Shown: positions 17,409-27,243, counted from the first letter of the stretch. The stretch is 64,000 bases of DNA from Minisyncoccota bacterium (GCA_035531495.1 DATKSU010000005.1:41984-105983), one strand, 5' to 3'. The notes: generated by a model not told the origin, from the letters alone. Program-made: numbers and translations.

Positions 17409-18407
17409 CTAGCAGGCAATGTTCTGGTCGACGGCGGTCGAGTTCGCTTCATACTGGACGATCCAGACGGGGCTGCCATTTGTGAAGCCCGCCGCGGTCA
17501 GGCACGAATTGATGGCGCTGACTTGGGTCATGATGCCGACCGGGAACCAGTTCGGGATGGGGACGGCAGAGCCGCCGATTGCTTGCGTCGGCGTGAAGCT
17601 CGCGCCCGCGATATTCCGCCACATGGACGGGACCGAGTAGAGGCCGACACGAATGCCCTGCGCGTTCAGGTAGTCGATTGCGCCCTGGATGGTCGCGTCG
17701 TTCACGGCGACGTTGTCCGACCAGCTGTTCGCTTCCTCGATGTCGAGCCACCAGAAGGGCGATGAGACGCTGTTCTTCGTCGCGTAAGCGAACGCATCCG
17801 CCGCCGCGTTGAAGCCGTAGTTATACGCGGCGCAGACCGTCGGCTCGGGATACGCGCCCGCCGACGACGTCGCAGCGAAAAAGAGCACGCCGCACGTCTT
17901 CGGCGAGGAGAGGTGCGCGTCCGTCGCCGTGCTTCCGTACGGCGCGTTCAGGTTCATGTAAAGAGTCGGCCGCACGCTCGCGGCGAGGCGAGCCCATGAG
18001 AATTCCGACGCGAGGCGCGCGCTCTCGACGTAGGCCTTGCCACCTGTCACGCCGACCACCGCGAAGCCGAAGGGCATAACCGGGTAATCGCGCGTGTTGA
18101 ACGAGAGGTCGTAACCCACACTCGACGACGGATAGAGGCTGCCGATGACCGGCACATGCGGGACGGGCGGCGTGGATGTCGCGGCGACCGGGTCGGGGGC
18201 GCCCGCCGCCGCGACGGCGGCGGGCGCGGCGGCAGAGGTGAGGATGCGCTCCACCTGGTCCACGATGGCCTGCGCGACGTTGAACGCCTCGAGGAGGCCG
18301 ACGATGGCGCTCGTCTGCGCAGTCGTCAAGGTCGACGCCGCGGCTGCGGCCGGCAGGAAGCCGACGAAAGAGAGCACGAAGATGAATGCAAGGATTTTGC
18401 GGGTCAT
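17409..18407 (-). CDS. secreted protein, glycoside-hydrolase-like (GH25/DUF1906-like) domain suspected
   Basis: Signal peptide MTRKILAFIFVLSFVGFLPAAAAA, Ala/Pro linker, then GYDLSFNTRDYP...WWLDIEEANSW...GIRVGLYS. The family call is tentative. Confidence 0.45.
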   Translation of the reverse strand: MTRKILAFIFVLSFVGFLPAAAAASTLTTAQTSAIVGLLEAFNVAQAIVDQVERILTSAAAPAAVAAAGAPDPVAATSTPPVPHVPVIGSLYPSSSVGYDLSFNTRDYPVMPFGFAVVGVTGGKAYVESARLASEFSWARLAASVRPTLYMNLNAPYGSTATDAHLSSPKTCGVLFFAATSSAGAYPEPTVCAAYNYGFNAAADAFAYATKNSVSSPFWWLDIEEANSWSDNVAVNDATIQGAIDYLNAQGIRVGLYSVPSMWRNIAGASFTPTQAIGGSAVPIPNWFPVGIMTQVSAINSCLTAAGFTNGSPVWIVQYEANSTAVDQNIAC

Positions 18408-18431
18408 ACCCAGGCGCCTAGTATAGCGCTC

Positions 18432-19007
18432 CTACCGGAGACGTACGAGAGACGCGGACCTTGCACGCCCTCGCGCGCCCGGATACGTGAGCACGCCGCA
18501 GCGGACCTTGAGGAACGGCGTGAGTCGGTGCTTAGGGGCACTGGCCGGGGTCATGATGTCGAGTACGCTCCACTTCCGTTTCGCGAGCGCATCGGCGATG
18601 AGCGAGCGATGACAGCGCCACGGCACGGCTTCGGCGCACATGACAGCCGTCGGCCGTTTCCGCGCGATGCGCTCGAGCTCTTCGAGCCCTCCGGAAAATC
18701 CGGGTGTCGCCATGTAATCAGCGTAGCCGCGGAACGAGAGATTCCGCCAGCCGAGATTCTTCGAGTCCTTCTTCGCGTGGCGGAAACCGCCGAGCGCTTC
18801 GATGCGCGCGTACCCTACCCCGCGCTTCTCGAGGGCGCGCCGGAGGTTCTCAGCGTTGAATTGGGGATTGTGCCGCGACTTCGGCACCGTGCGCACGTCG
18901 GCGACCTGCCGGATGCCGTGCGCATCGAGCAGCGCGAGGAAATCGGCGAGCGGCCGGTTGGAGTGCCCGATGGTGTACACGCGGAGTGCATTCGCGCTTT
19001 TCGGCAT
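18432..19007 (-). CDS. DUF488 domain protein
   Basis: VYTIGHSNRPLADFLALLDAHGIRQVADVRTVPKSRHNPQFN matches the DUF488 N-terminal signature. Confidence 0.8.
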   Translation of the reverse strand: MPKSANALRVYTIGHSNRPLADFLALLDAHGIRQVADVRTVPKSRHNPQFNAENLRRALEKRGVGYARIEALGGFRHAKKDSKNLGWRNLSFRGYADYMATPGFSGGLEELERIARKRPTAVMCAEAVPWRCHRSLIADALAKRKWSVLDIMTPASAPKHRLTPFLKVRCGVLTYPGARGRARSASLVRLR

Positions 19008-19063
19008 CAGGAGTCAGTATATACTTATATCTATCGCTATCACGCGCGACCGCAACGGGCAGT

Positions 19064-19372
19064 ATGTACAACCCGCATAGCCTGCATGAATGCGAACTCG
19101 AGAAGGCGCGCCGCCCGCGTACGCTCATCGACGCGCTCATGACAGGTATCGGCGGAATCGCTTCCGTCTCAAGCGTGCCGCAGGTCATCAAGATCTGGCA
19201 GACGCATACCGTGGTGGGCATCTCGCTCACGACGGAACTTATCGCGCTCATTGCCGTCGTCTGCTGGTTCTTCTATGGCCTCTACATCCGCAACAAGCCG
19301 CTATGGATCACGAGCGGACTCTCAACTATCGTGCTCGGCATCGTCGTATTGCAAATATTGTCTTACCGATAG
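19064..19372 (+). CDS. SemiSWEET / PQ-loop family sugar transporter
   Basis: 102 aa with three TM helices and a PQ motif (SSVPQVIKIWQT). Start moved to the internal ATG at 19064. Confidence 0.75.
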   Translation: MYNPHSLHECELEKARRPRTLIDALMTGIGGIASVSSVPQVIKIWQTHTVVGISLTTELIALIAVVCWFFYGLYIRNKPLWITSGLSTIVLGIVVLQILSYR

Positions 19373-19567
19373 ATTACAGCTCTCGCATACGAAATATTCC
19401 ACGAATGTTTCGCGATCTTCGTTGAATCCTTCGAAGGAAGGACTGCGCTGGATATGGATGTACACACATTAAGCGTGCGGGGCCTGGCTCAAGACCGGGC
19501 TTCGTTTGCTTGTTGCGGGAACGGGATTTGCGCTCTCACTCGTCCGTCGCGTAATTCCTCATTCTGA

Positions 19568-21571
19568 TTACGTACTACCCAAATCAAGCCGTCGCAGGCT
19601 CATAGCGTTAACGACCACAATAACCGTTGAAGCGCTCATGAGAAGCGCGCCGATCTCGGGGCGGAGAAAGAAACCCCACGCTGCGAAGATGCCGGCGGCC
19701 GCAGGTATCGCGATAATGTTGTAGCCGAGCGCCCACCAGAGATTCTGGAGCATTTTGCGATACACCGCACGGGCGAGGATGATGAGCCGCACGATGTCGC
19801 CCGGGTTGCTGCGTGTGAGCACGACGTCACCCGCCTCGACTGCCACATCGGTGCCAGAACCAATGGCGATTCCGGCGTCCGCCTGGGTGAGTGCAGGCGC
19901 GTCATTGACCCCGTCGCCGACCATAAGAACGACATCTCCCTTCTTTTGAAGTTCCTTGATACGGGTGTACTTATCCTTCGGCAACACCTGGGCGAAGTAC
20001 GTATCAATATTGAGTTCACGCGCGACCGCAGCGGCAACCTGCTCGTAATCTCCCGTGAGCATCGCTACCTTGAGCCCGAGATCATGGAGCTTACGCACAG
20101 TCTCCTTTGATTCCGGCCTCACTTCGTCCGCAAGCGCGATAAGCCCGAGAACCCGCTTTGTATCCGCCACGAATATTGTGGTCTTGCCGTCTCGCGAGAA
20201 CCGCTCGAACATCGGCACACTCTCGTCAAGCATGACATGCTCCTCCTCCATGAGCGTTTTGTTACCGACTGCGTAGCGCATGCCGTCGATAACTGCACGA
20301 ATACCCTTGCCCGCAATGTTCTTGAAATCACCGACCGGCGCGAGCGATATCCCATTCTTTCCGGCGTAGGCGACGACGGATCCTCCGATAACGTGCGAGG
20401 AATGTCGTTCGAGTGATGCGGCGATCCGCAGCACTTCATCCTTCGAAACATCGCCGAATGATTCGACGCCGACGACACCGAAAGTCCCTTTAGTGAGCGT
20501 TCCCGTCTTGTCGAAAACAACGTAATTTGTCTTCCGTATCGTCTCGATCTTCGAGAAATTCTTGATGAAAACGCCGTTCTTCACTGAGAGCGACGTCGCG
20601 ATGGTCGTCACGGTCGGAATGGCGAGTCCGAGCGCGTGCGGGCACGCGATGACCAAGACCGTGATGGCGAGCGTGATCGCGAAGGCGAACGAGGAACCGA
20701 TGACAAGCGACCAGACGAGAAGCGTGAGTATGGCGACCCCGAGCGCAGTGAACGTGAGCACGGCTGAAGCAGTGTCGGCGATGCGCGCCTGGCGCGGCTT
20801 GGTCATTTGCGCCGAAGCGATGAGCGACTGGATCTGCCCGATGGTCGAGTGTTCGCCCACGCGCGAGAGCTTAACGGTGAGCGACCCGTCGAGCGCGATG
20901 GAACCGGCGATGACGTTCGCTCCTTCCGCTTTCTCAACGGGCTTTGACTCGCCAGAGACGAGCGATTCGTCCACGTTCGAGCGTCCACCGATGACAGCGC
21001 CATCTGCGGGAACTTTCTCCCCGGGCTTCACGAGTACCGTGTCGCCCTCCGCGAGCTCGGCGATGTCGACTTCGGTCTCGGCTCCGTTCACGAGCTTATG
21101 CGCCTGCTTTGGCAAGAGCTTGGCGACCTCCGCGAGCGCGTCGCCAGCCGCGGCGCCCGAACGCGCCTCGAGATAGTGACCGAGGAGGAGCACCCAGACC
21201 AAGGTGGAGATTTCGAGGTAGAACTGGACGCCGAGCGAGGGGACGAAGGTCGCTACGACCGAGAACGCGTATCCCGTGCCGACGGCGAGCGAGACGAGCG
21301 TCATCATGCCGAACGCTCGCGCCTTTATCTCGTGCCACGCGTGCTGGAAGAACACGAGCGCGAAGCCGAAGATAACGGTCGCGAGACCGAGCTGAATCCA
21401 TGGCCCTAATGAAAGCGCCGGGATGTGCAGGAACGCCGCAACGGGCGGGTTCGTGAGCGCGAGCGGGATGATGAGGATGGTGACAATCCAGAACCGGCGT
21501 AGGTAGCTTGCGGCCGAGCCGTGTCCCATGCCGTGACCGTCGTGCATATGCTGATGCTCGTGCTCAGTCAT
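19568..21571 (-). CDS. copB: copper-translocating P1B-type ATPase (CopB-like: His-rich N-terminus, CPH motif)
   Basis: MTEHEHQHMHDGHGMGHGS N-terminus, VIACPHALGLAIP (CPH), DKTGTLT, GDGVNDAP. 667 aa. Confidence 0.9.
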   Translation of the reverse strand: MTEHEHQHMHDGHGMGHGSAASYLRRFWIVTILIIPLALTNPPVAAFLHIPALSLGPWIQLGLATVIFGFALVFFQHAWHEIKARAFGMMTLVSLAVGTGYAFSVVATFVPSLGVQFYLEISTLVWVLLLGHYLEARSGAAAGDALAEVAKLLPKQAHKLVNGAETEVDIAELAEGDTVLVKPGEKVPADGAVIGGRSNVDESLVSGESKPVEKAEGANVIAGSIALDGSLTVKLSRVGEHSTIGQIQSLIASAQMTKPRQARIADTASAVLTFTALGVAILTLLVWSLVIGSSFAFAITLAITVLVIACPHALGLAIPTVTTIATSLSVKNGVFIKNFSKIETIRKTNYVVFDKTGTLTKGTFGVVGVESFGDVSKDEVLRIAASLERHSSHVIGGSVVAYAGKNGISLAPVGDFKNIAGKGIRAVIDGMRYAVGNKTLMEEEHVMLDESVPMFERFSRDGKTTIFVADTKRVLGLIALADEVRPESKETVRKLHDLGLKVAMLTGDYEQVAAAVARELNIDTYFAQVLPKDKYTRIKELQKKGDVVLMVGDGVNDAPALTQADAGIAIGSGTDVAVEAGDVVLTRSNPGDIVRLIILARAVYRKMLQNLWWALGYNIIAIPAAAGIFAAWGFFLRPEIGALLMSASTVIVVVNAMSLRRLDLGST

Positions 21572-21971
21572 AGCTCAGTTCGATGGTATCGCCGTCGTGC
21601 ATGACGTAGCTCCCATACGCGGTGCTTGTCGCCCCGTTCACGATCATCTGCATATTCGAGCCGAATGAAGACATATCCTTGCCCCAGACCTTGAAGAATT
21701 GCGCGAGTGTAAGATCACTCGCGTGCACGACGCCCGGGAACTCCATGTGGATGGTGCCGGTGTCGTCGTGCGTATGTATCGGCATTTCTGCCGCGCCAAG
21801 GCCGATGCCAGCCGGTATCGTCACGTTCTGACCTTTCACCGTGATGAAGAGGTGCGAATGCCAGTGGAGGCCGTGGGTAGCGACTATGGTCGGATCGGAT
21901 GCTTGAGAGACAACCGTCCAGCCGAGAAGGCCGACGATTACAACTCCGATGGCGACATATGCGTATTTCAT
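21564..21971 (-). CDS. secreted His-rich putative copper-binding protein
   Basis: Signal-anchored 135-aa protein with HGLHWHSH and HTHDDTGTIHMEF clusters. It overlaps the copB start by 8 nt and follows csoR. Confidence 0.45.
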   Translation of the reverse strand: MKYAYVAIGVVIVGLLGWTVVSQASDPTIVATHGLHWHSHLFITVKGQNVTIPAGIGLGAAEMPIHTHDDTGTIHMEFPGVVHASDLTLAQFFKVWGKDMSSFGSNMQMIVNGATSTAYGSYVMHDGDTIELSYD

Positions 21972-21975
21972 AGCG

Positions 21976-22245
21976 CTATTTCTTCTTTGACACTTTGTAT
22001 GCCGACAGGATCTCGCGGATGGCTTTCGTTTGGGAGCCGCTTTTCATCTGTTCGACCACACATGTCGAAAGGTGGTTCTCAAGCATCGCATCTTCCACCG
22101 CAGAAAGCGCGGAGCGCACAGCCGAGGTTTGCGTGATGACGTCGATGCAGTAGGCATCATTCTCGACCAGTTTTTGGAGTCCGCGCACCTGGCCCTCTAT
22201 GGTCTTCAATCTGCGCACTACCGTGCGCTTTACGGTTTGTTTCAT
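21976..22245 (-). CDS. csoR: CsoR/RcnR family metal-sensing transcriptional repressor
   Basis: 89 aa with the Cys-His-Cys metal ligand pattern (AYCIDV...H...STCVV). Confidence 0.85.
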   Translation of the reverse strand: MKQTVKRTVVRRLKTIEGQVRGLQKLVENDAYCIDVITQTSAVRSALSAVEDAMLENHLSTCVVEQMKSGSQTKAIREILSAYKVSKKK

Positions 22246-22254
22246 GGGCCTAGA

Positions 22255-22271
22255 ATACCCCTAGGGGGTAT
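22255..22271. promoter_or_regulatory. near-perfect GC-rich palindrome ATACCCC-TA-GGGGGTAT, putative CsoR operator
   Basis: Lies 10 nt upstream of the csoR start and resembles known CsoR operators (TACCC-N-GGGTA type). Confidence 0.55.
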
Positions 22272-22469
22272 TCGGGTCAATGGACATTATTAACACAATC
22301 CTTTTCGCATGAAAACAACGCTTCTCGGCCTCGCCATGTCACTGCGCGAACACGCGATACTTCTTGAAATAACGATATTCGTGCCAAGCGGGCCGGGAGC
22401 GGGATGACGGGAAGACCGAGGCAGACCGGCGCCGGCCGAGATTATCCACGCCTCACGAAGCAGTCTCGC

Positions 22470-23048
22470 TTACGACAGCAGCGCGGCGAGCGAGCGGGCA
22501 CTCCGTCCCGGCACGTACAACGCCCGGGCGATGGCGGGCGCGTCGACCGCGGCATAGTGTTTTTGCTCCCCGATCTGTTCGAAACCGAGCAATCGGTAAA
22601 AACGGTCGTGCTTCGGGTTGATGGCGATGCAGAGGTAATCGATTCCGCATTCATGCGCATGCGCGAGGACGGCAGAGAAGAGGGGCGAGGCGACAAAGGG
22701 CGATGCACGCTTGCCAGTCGCGTCGGCATAGCGATCATGATCGACCGCGAATTGCACCACTTCCGCAAGCTGCTTCCCTCCCGCGCGAACGGATGCGAGC
22801 TCGCGCGCGTAGAGCGTGCTCATCGGCAGCCCCTCCTCGCTGTCTCTCACGACCGAAAGCGTGCCATACAGGACGGCACCCGCGAAAAGGCCGAACGTGG
22901 TCGCGTGCGGGCCGTCGAGGTACCGCGTGATTGCATCGGTTCCGACGGCATACCCTTGGGCTGCGTACGCCTTAGCGACCACGGCTCGCACTATCAGGCG
23001 TTCTGATTCGTCACGTATGGCGCGCACTGCGTTCGTACCGCTGGTCAT
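22470..23048 (-). CDS. GNAT-fold N-acyl amino acid synthase-like acyltransferase (OlsB/FeeM-like)
   Basis: 192 aa, C-terminal DYLCIAINPKHDRFYRLLGFEQIGE. Overlaps the ACP gene by 4 nt. The family call is tentative. Confidence 0.45.
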   Translation of the reverse strand: MTSGTNAVRAIRDESERLIVRAVVAKAYAAQGYAVGTDAITRYLDGPHATTFGLFAGAVLYGTLSVVRDSEEGLPMSTLYARELASVRAGGKQLAEVVQFAVDHDRYADATGKRASPFVASPLFSAVLAHAHECGIDYLCIAINPKHDRFYRLLGFEQIGEQKHYAAVDAPAIARALYVPGRSARSLAALLS

Positions 23049-23302
23049 GCGTGCGCGCCCGCATCGGTCGGGCTCGTGCCGGACCGCTCCACGTACGCGA
23101 TGACGTCCCCGACAGTCTCGATATGCGCGATATCATCGTATCGCACGTGACGGTCGAACGCCGACTCGAGGCGGATGAGCAGTTCAAATAATGCGATGGA
23201 ATCCGCGGCCATGTCAGCGAGCTTGCCGTCATCGCGGATGGTTTCCGCCGGCACGCCGAGCGTATCACTCATGATGGCAATGACTCTTTCACGCGGCTGC
23301 AT
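23045..23302 (-). CDS. acyl carrier protein (dedicated)
   Basis: Phosphopantetheine-attachment motif LADMAADSIALFELL in an 85-aa acidic protein. Confidence 0.75.
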   Translation of the reverse strand: MQPRERVIAIMSDTLGVPAETIRDDGKLADMAADSIALFELLIRLESAFDRHVRYDDIAHIETVGDVIAYVERSGTSPTDAGAHA

Positions 23303-23921
23303 AGCGGGTCAGGTCGGTCGGTACCCATGATACGGAATTCTGGCGCAGTACGACGGCCACAGCGACCACGTCCTCGCGGACGCGCCACGTGCGGATAGAC
23401 GCCTCGCAACGAACTCCCTTGATGGCGATCCATCCGTCATCCGATGCCAACGCGTCTGCAGTGTCGATATGCCGCGGATGCGTGCGCAAGCCGACGCCGA
23501 GCGCTTTCAGGACGGCCTCCTTGATCGACCAGCAACGGGTATAGGCCGCCGGACGTCGTTCGCATAGCTCCTGCGCGATGAGCGCGCGTTCGGCAGGCGT
23601 GAGGAATGCATTCAGGACGAGCGGCGTGAACTCGCGCACGCGTTCGATATCGGCACCGAGGCGTACGCCGAGGCGCGTTTCGGCGATACCGAGCGCGAAT
23701 GGGAACGCATGGGAAATAGAGATGGCGATTGGGGCGGCCCTGCCAGGAACGTACGCGGATGGTTTGCCGAGCATGTCTTTCGCGATCACGATATCGCGTG
23801 TCGGGACCATCCCCAGAGACGGCTTCAGCGCTTCGCGTACCGCCGCCCGCGCTGCTGCTTCCCCCGCCTCATGCAAGGCCTGCGGACTGCCACCTGTGCA
23901 GCGTGTGAGCGCGGTCGTCAT
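23289..23921 (-). CDS. 4'-phosphopantetheinyl transferase (Sfp/AcpS superfamily)
   Basis: WSIKEAVLKALGVG matches the conserved PPTase motif (W[SC]xKEAxxKAxG). Confidence 0.85.
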   Translation of the reverse strand: MTTALTRCTGGSPQALHEAGEAAARAAVREALKPSLGMVPTRDIVIAKDMLGKPSAYVPGRAAPIAISISHAFPFALGIAETRLGVRLGADIERVREFTPLVLNAFLTPAERALIAQELCERRPAAYTRCWSIKEAVLKALGVGLRTHPRHIDTADALASDDGWIAIKGVRCEASIRTWRVREDVVAVAVVLRQNSVSWVPTDLTRYAAA

Positions 23922-24562
23922 ACCGTACCTGCCGTGAAGAACTGCCGCATCTTATCGAATTTCGTATCGCTGTCCCCGCGGATGACCTCGCTGCAATGCA
24001 GGCGGGCGTCTGTCACGGTTTCCGGCTTCAGGAACGACTGCGTGTCGAATCCCGACAGGCGGACGAAAATGGTCGGGTAATCACGCGCGAATAGCATCTG
24101 TGCGCCCTTCTTGAACTCGTCTACCGCCATCTCGCCGTTGACGATCCTCCCCTCAGGGAACAGCAAGACCGTGCGGTGACGGTCGAGGAGATCCCGCGTG
24201 TAGAGCAGCTTCTTCGCGCGTTCGATCGCCGTCGTGCCGATATCGTAAGCACCGAGCATCTTCAGCGCGCGCCCGAGCACGGGGCGGCGGGCATAGGCGG
24301 ACGACGTCGGATAGCGCATCGGTACGGTCGCGAACCAGTTCTGCTTACCGAGGTAATACGTGATGAGGAACGGGTCGAACAGGCTGCGGTGGTTGGCGAG
24401 CACCAAGGAGCCGCGCGGCACATGGAAACCTCTCGGGATATGCGCTTCCAAGCGGATGCGTCCGCTGAGCCACCAGTCGAACGGGCATGTCGCGATCTGG
24501 CTGACGAACAGCGCATTATCGAGAGCTGCGACGCCGAGCTGTCCTGCGAATCGGAATATCAT
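23918..24562 (-). CDS. PlsC-family lysophospholipid/lyso-aminolipid acyltransferase (OlsA-like)
   Basis: NHRSLFDP (HxxxxD) and FPEGR motifs. Confidence 0.8.
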   Translation of the reverse strand: MIFRFAGQLGVAALDNALFVSQIATCPFDWWLSGRIRLEAHIPRGFHVPRGSLVLANHRSLFDPFLITYYLGKQNWFATVPMRYPTSSAYARRPVLGRALKMLGAYDIGTTAIERAKKLLYTRDLLDRHRTVLLFPEGRIVNGEMAVDEFKKGAQMLFARDYPTIFVRLSGFDTQSFLKPETVTDARLHCSEVIRGDSDTKFDKMRQFFTAGTV

Positions 24563-25428
24563 ATGTGATGATCAAGGATGCGGGAAAAATACCAGCGCTT
24601 CGCCCGCTGGAAGAGGTGGCCGTTGTGCCGTTCGGTACGGCGCAGCTTCTGCACGTATGGGTCGAATTGCCGGCACACGGGAGCGCGCTCGTACGGAAGC
24701 CCGGTGAGTATCTTGTACACCTCCGTCGCGACGAGATTCGCGCACGCGAGCGTCGCGACTACGGATGACGGCGCTGTTTCCTTTTCGAAATCAATCGCGT
24801 CCGACTTGTAGTACGAGCGGTGAACGAGCGAGGGGGAGATGCCGATGGCGAAGCGCAGCAGCTGTTCGCGCCGCGTCAGGGAGTCATCGAGCGCGAAGTA
24901 GGAGTCGAAACTCATGCTGTTCGGAGCGAACGTGAGGAGAGAGGCGCCGAAACCGATGGGGGCGCAGGTCAGCACCGGGATGCCGCGTTCGCGCGCGGCA
25001 CGGAAGAGCAGTCGCCGCACCTCGATATTGAAGAAATCGATGCCGTCGAGCGCCACGTCCGCGCCTTCGAGGAAAGCGGCGACGGTCTCGCTCGAGATGG
25101 CAGGAAACACGCGAATCCGGACGTGCGGGTTGATATCGCGCACCATACGTTCGATGGTGCGCGATTTCTCTTCTCCGAGCGTCGCCATCGAGGCGCCGGC
25201 CTGGCGATTGAAATTCGCCATCTCGAACGCATCGGAATCGGCGATTGTGAAGGCGCCGACACCGAGTCGCGCGAGAGTCGTCGCATAAATGCCGCCTACC
25301 CCGCCGAGCCCGGCGATGGCGACGTGCGTCGTGCGCAAGACGTCCTGATGCGCGTCGGGAATGAGCCCCCGGTTACGCGCAAAAGCGTCGCGGTAAGAGA
25401 AATTCAGAGCGTCAGTCGCTTTCTCCAT
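24559..25428 (-). CDS. ThiF/MoeB/TcdA-family E1-like enzyme
   Basis: VAIAGLGGVGG dinucleotide loop, ...NFNRQ. 289 aa. Confidence 0.8.
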   Translation of the reverse strand: MEKATDALNFSYRDAFARNRGLIPDAHQDVLRTTHVAIAGLGGVGGIYATTLARLGVGAFTIADSDAFEMANFNRQAGASMATLGEEKSRTIERMVRDINPHVRIRVFPAISSETVAAFLEGADVALDGIDFFNIEVRRLLFRAARERGIPVLTCAPIGFGASLLTFAPNSMSFDSYFALDDSLTRREQLLRFAIGISPSLVHRSYYKSDAIDFEKETAPSSVVATLACANLVATEVYKILTGLPYERAPVCRQFDPYVQKLRRTERHNGHLFQRAKRWYFSRILDHHI

Positions 25429-25595
25429 GCGATAGCATAAGTATACCGTACGGCCACTCCGGGGCGGTCAAACGCTTGAGAGATCCTTGACGACGCCTGT
25501 CAATAGCGGTGATATACTTCCCCCATCATGCGGCTCGCCGATGTGCGGAATGTGCAGGACTTCATGCGGATGGCCGACGACTGCTACGTGCCTGA

Positions 25596-26354
25596 ATGAA
25601 CGCTATTTCCATCGCATTCGCTGTCTGTGTCGGTATCGTACTCGGCGCGGTCTTGTTCGAGACCTTGCGCATCACGTGGTACCTCTGCATCTCCCGGCTG
25701 ATGACCCTCTCTACGATGCGGTTCGAGCGTCTGGATGCGCCCGGAACTGAGCGGATATTGTTCGTCGGCGACAGCACCGGCTACGGCACGGGGACGAGCC
25801 ATGAGCGGTATTCGCTCGTCGGCCGACTAGGCGCGGATTTCCCAAGCGCGTATATCGAGAACTGCAGCAAGACCGGAAGAAAATTGAAAGGTGCGGAACG
25901 CCTGCTGCGCCGGAAAGCAGACGATCCGGCGCAGCGGGCGTTCGATCTGGCGATCATCATGGTCGGAGGGATGAACGTGCTTTATGGCACGCGGCTGTCC
26001 GCGGTGCGCAAGATGGTCGACCGCATGCTCGCGCATGCGAAACGGTGCAGCCGTACTGTCGTCCTCGTGAGTTCAAACGATCCTGGCGCCGCGCCGCTCT
26101 TCCGCCCCCCGCTGTCAGGCATATACCGGCGCCGCGCCGGAGCGTTCGCATCGGTCTATGCCGAGGCGGCGCATGATGCTGGCGTAATCCATGTGTCGCT
26201 CTTCCGAGAACATCCCGACGAGCTCGTCGAGAAGCATCTTTTCTCGGCTGACAAGACGCACCCTAACGATGCAGGGTATGCGGTCTGGTACAATCGGATA
26301 AAAGAAGCGATTCCCGATATTCATGCAGGCCACGATGGAACTGGTATCGAGTAG
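25596..26354 (+). CDS. membrane-anchored SGNH/GDSL hydrolase
   Basis: N-terminal TM helix, ILFVGDSTGYGTG block I, and C-terminal DKTHPNDAGY (DxxH). Confidence 0.75.
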   Translation: MNAISIAFAVCVGIVLGAVLFETLRITWYLCISRLMTLSTMRFERLDAPGTERILFVGDSTGYGTGTSHERYSLVGRLGADFPSAYIENCSKTGRKLKGAERLLRRKADDPAQRAFDLAIIMVGGMNVLYGTRLSAVRKMVDRMLAHAKRCSRTVVLVSSNDPGAAPLFRPPLSGIYRRRAGAFASVYAEAAHDAGVIHVSLFREHPDELVEKHLFSADKTHPNDAGYAVWYNRIKEAIPDIHAGHDGTGIE

Positions 26355-27243
26355 CGCAGTCCAGGCAGGGGAATTCATGACGCGCCTCTGGTCGCTCATC
26401 GCGGCCAACACCGCGACCAATATCGCGACTATCGTGATGGCCTTCCGCGCTGGCGGGACGGCAACGTATGGTGCGCTGGTTCCGCTCGCCATATTGTTCG
26501 GACAGCTCATCCTTATCGCCATCACGCTTAAGGTGCTGCAGATGATATGGTTCCTGTCGCACGAGATCCATTTCCGACGGCCGAAGGCCTATAGCGCGAT
26601 TCGCGCCGGAGGGAAGCGGATTCTCATTGTCGGCGACAGCACGGCGTACGGGACCGGTGCGGATCGCCCCGAAGACACGATTGCTGGGCGCCTCGGGTAC
26701 GATTTCCCGCACACGACCATCATCAACATGGCGGTTAACGGGTCGACCGTGCGCGATGCGGTAAACCAGTTGCGAAAGGCCGGCCCAGGGCCGTTTGACC
26801 TTATCATCATCTGCACAGGCGGCAATGACATCTTGCGCTTCATCCGTGTCGCATCGATAGCACGGGATCTCGTTCGTCTGGCAGACGAAGCCGTCAAACG
26901 AAGCAACCATCACGCCTTTATGCTGTTCTATGCCAACCTCGGCGGCGCGCCGATATTCCCCGGTCCCATCCGCACCCTCATGAGGCGGCGGACCCAGCGG
27001 GTGTATAGCGTATTTGAAAGCGTTTCCAGGCAGTTTGATGTCCCGCTCGTCGAGCTGTACACGCACGAACACGTCAACAAATTCGCAACAAACCCGTTCA
27101 TGGAAGATCCCGGGCGGTATTTCGCGAAAGATCGCATGCATCCGAACAGCGAGGGGTACCGGCTCTGGTACAACCGGATGTGGGCCGAAATGGTTGCGCG
27201 CAATATCGTCTTCCGCGAATCAGACCCAGCGCCTATCCGTTAG
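26323..27243 (+). CDS. membrane-anchored SGNH/GDSL hydrolase (paralog of the preceding gene)
   Basis: ILIVGDSTAYGTG, GGNDI, DRMHPNSEGY. The start may be the internal ATG near 26377. Confidence 0.75.
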   Translation: MQATMELVSSSAVQAGEFMTRLWSLIAANTATNIATIVMAFRAGGTATYGALVPLAILFGQLILIAITLKVLQMIWFLSHEIHFRRPKAYSAIRAGGKRILIVGDSTAYGTGADRPEDTIAGRLGYDFPHTTIINMAVNGSTVRDAVNQLRKAGPGPFDLIIICTGGNDILRFIRVASIARDLVRLADEAVKRSNHHAFMLFYANLGGAPIFPGPIRTLMRRRTQRVYSVFESVSRQFDVPLVELYTHEHVNKFATNPFMEDPGRYFAKDRMHPNSEGYRLWYNRMWAEMVARNIVFRESDPAPIR

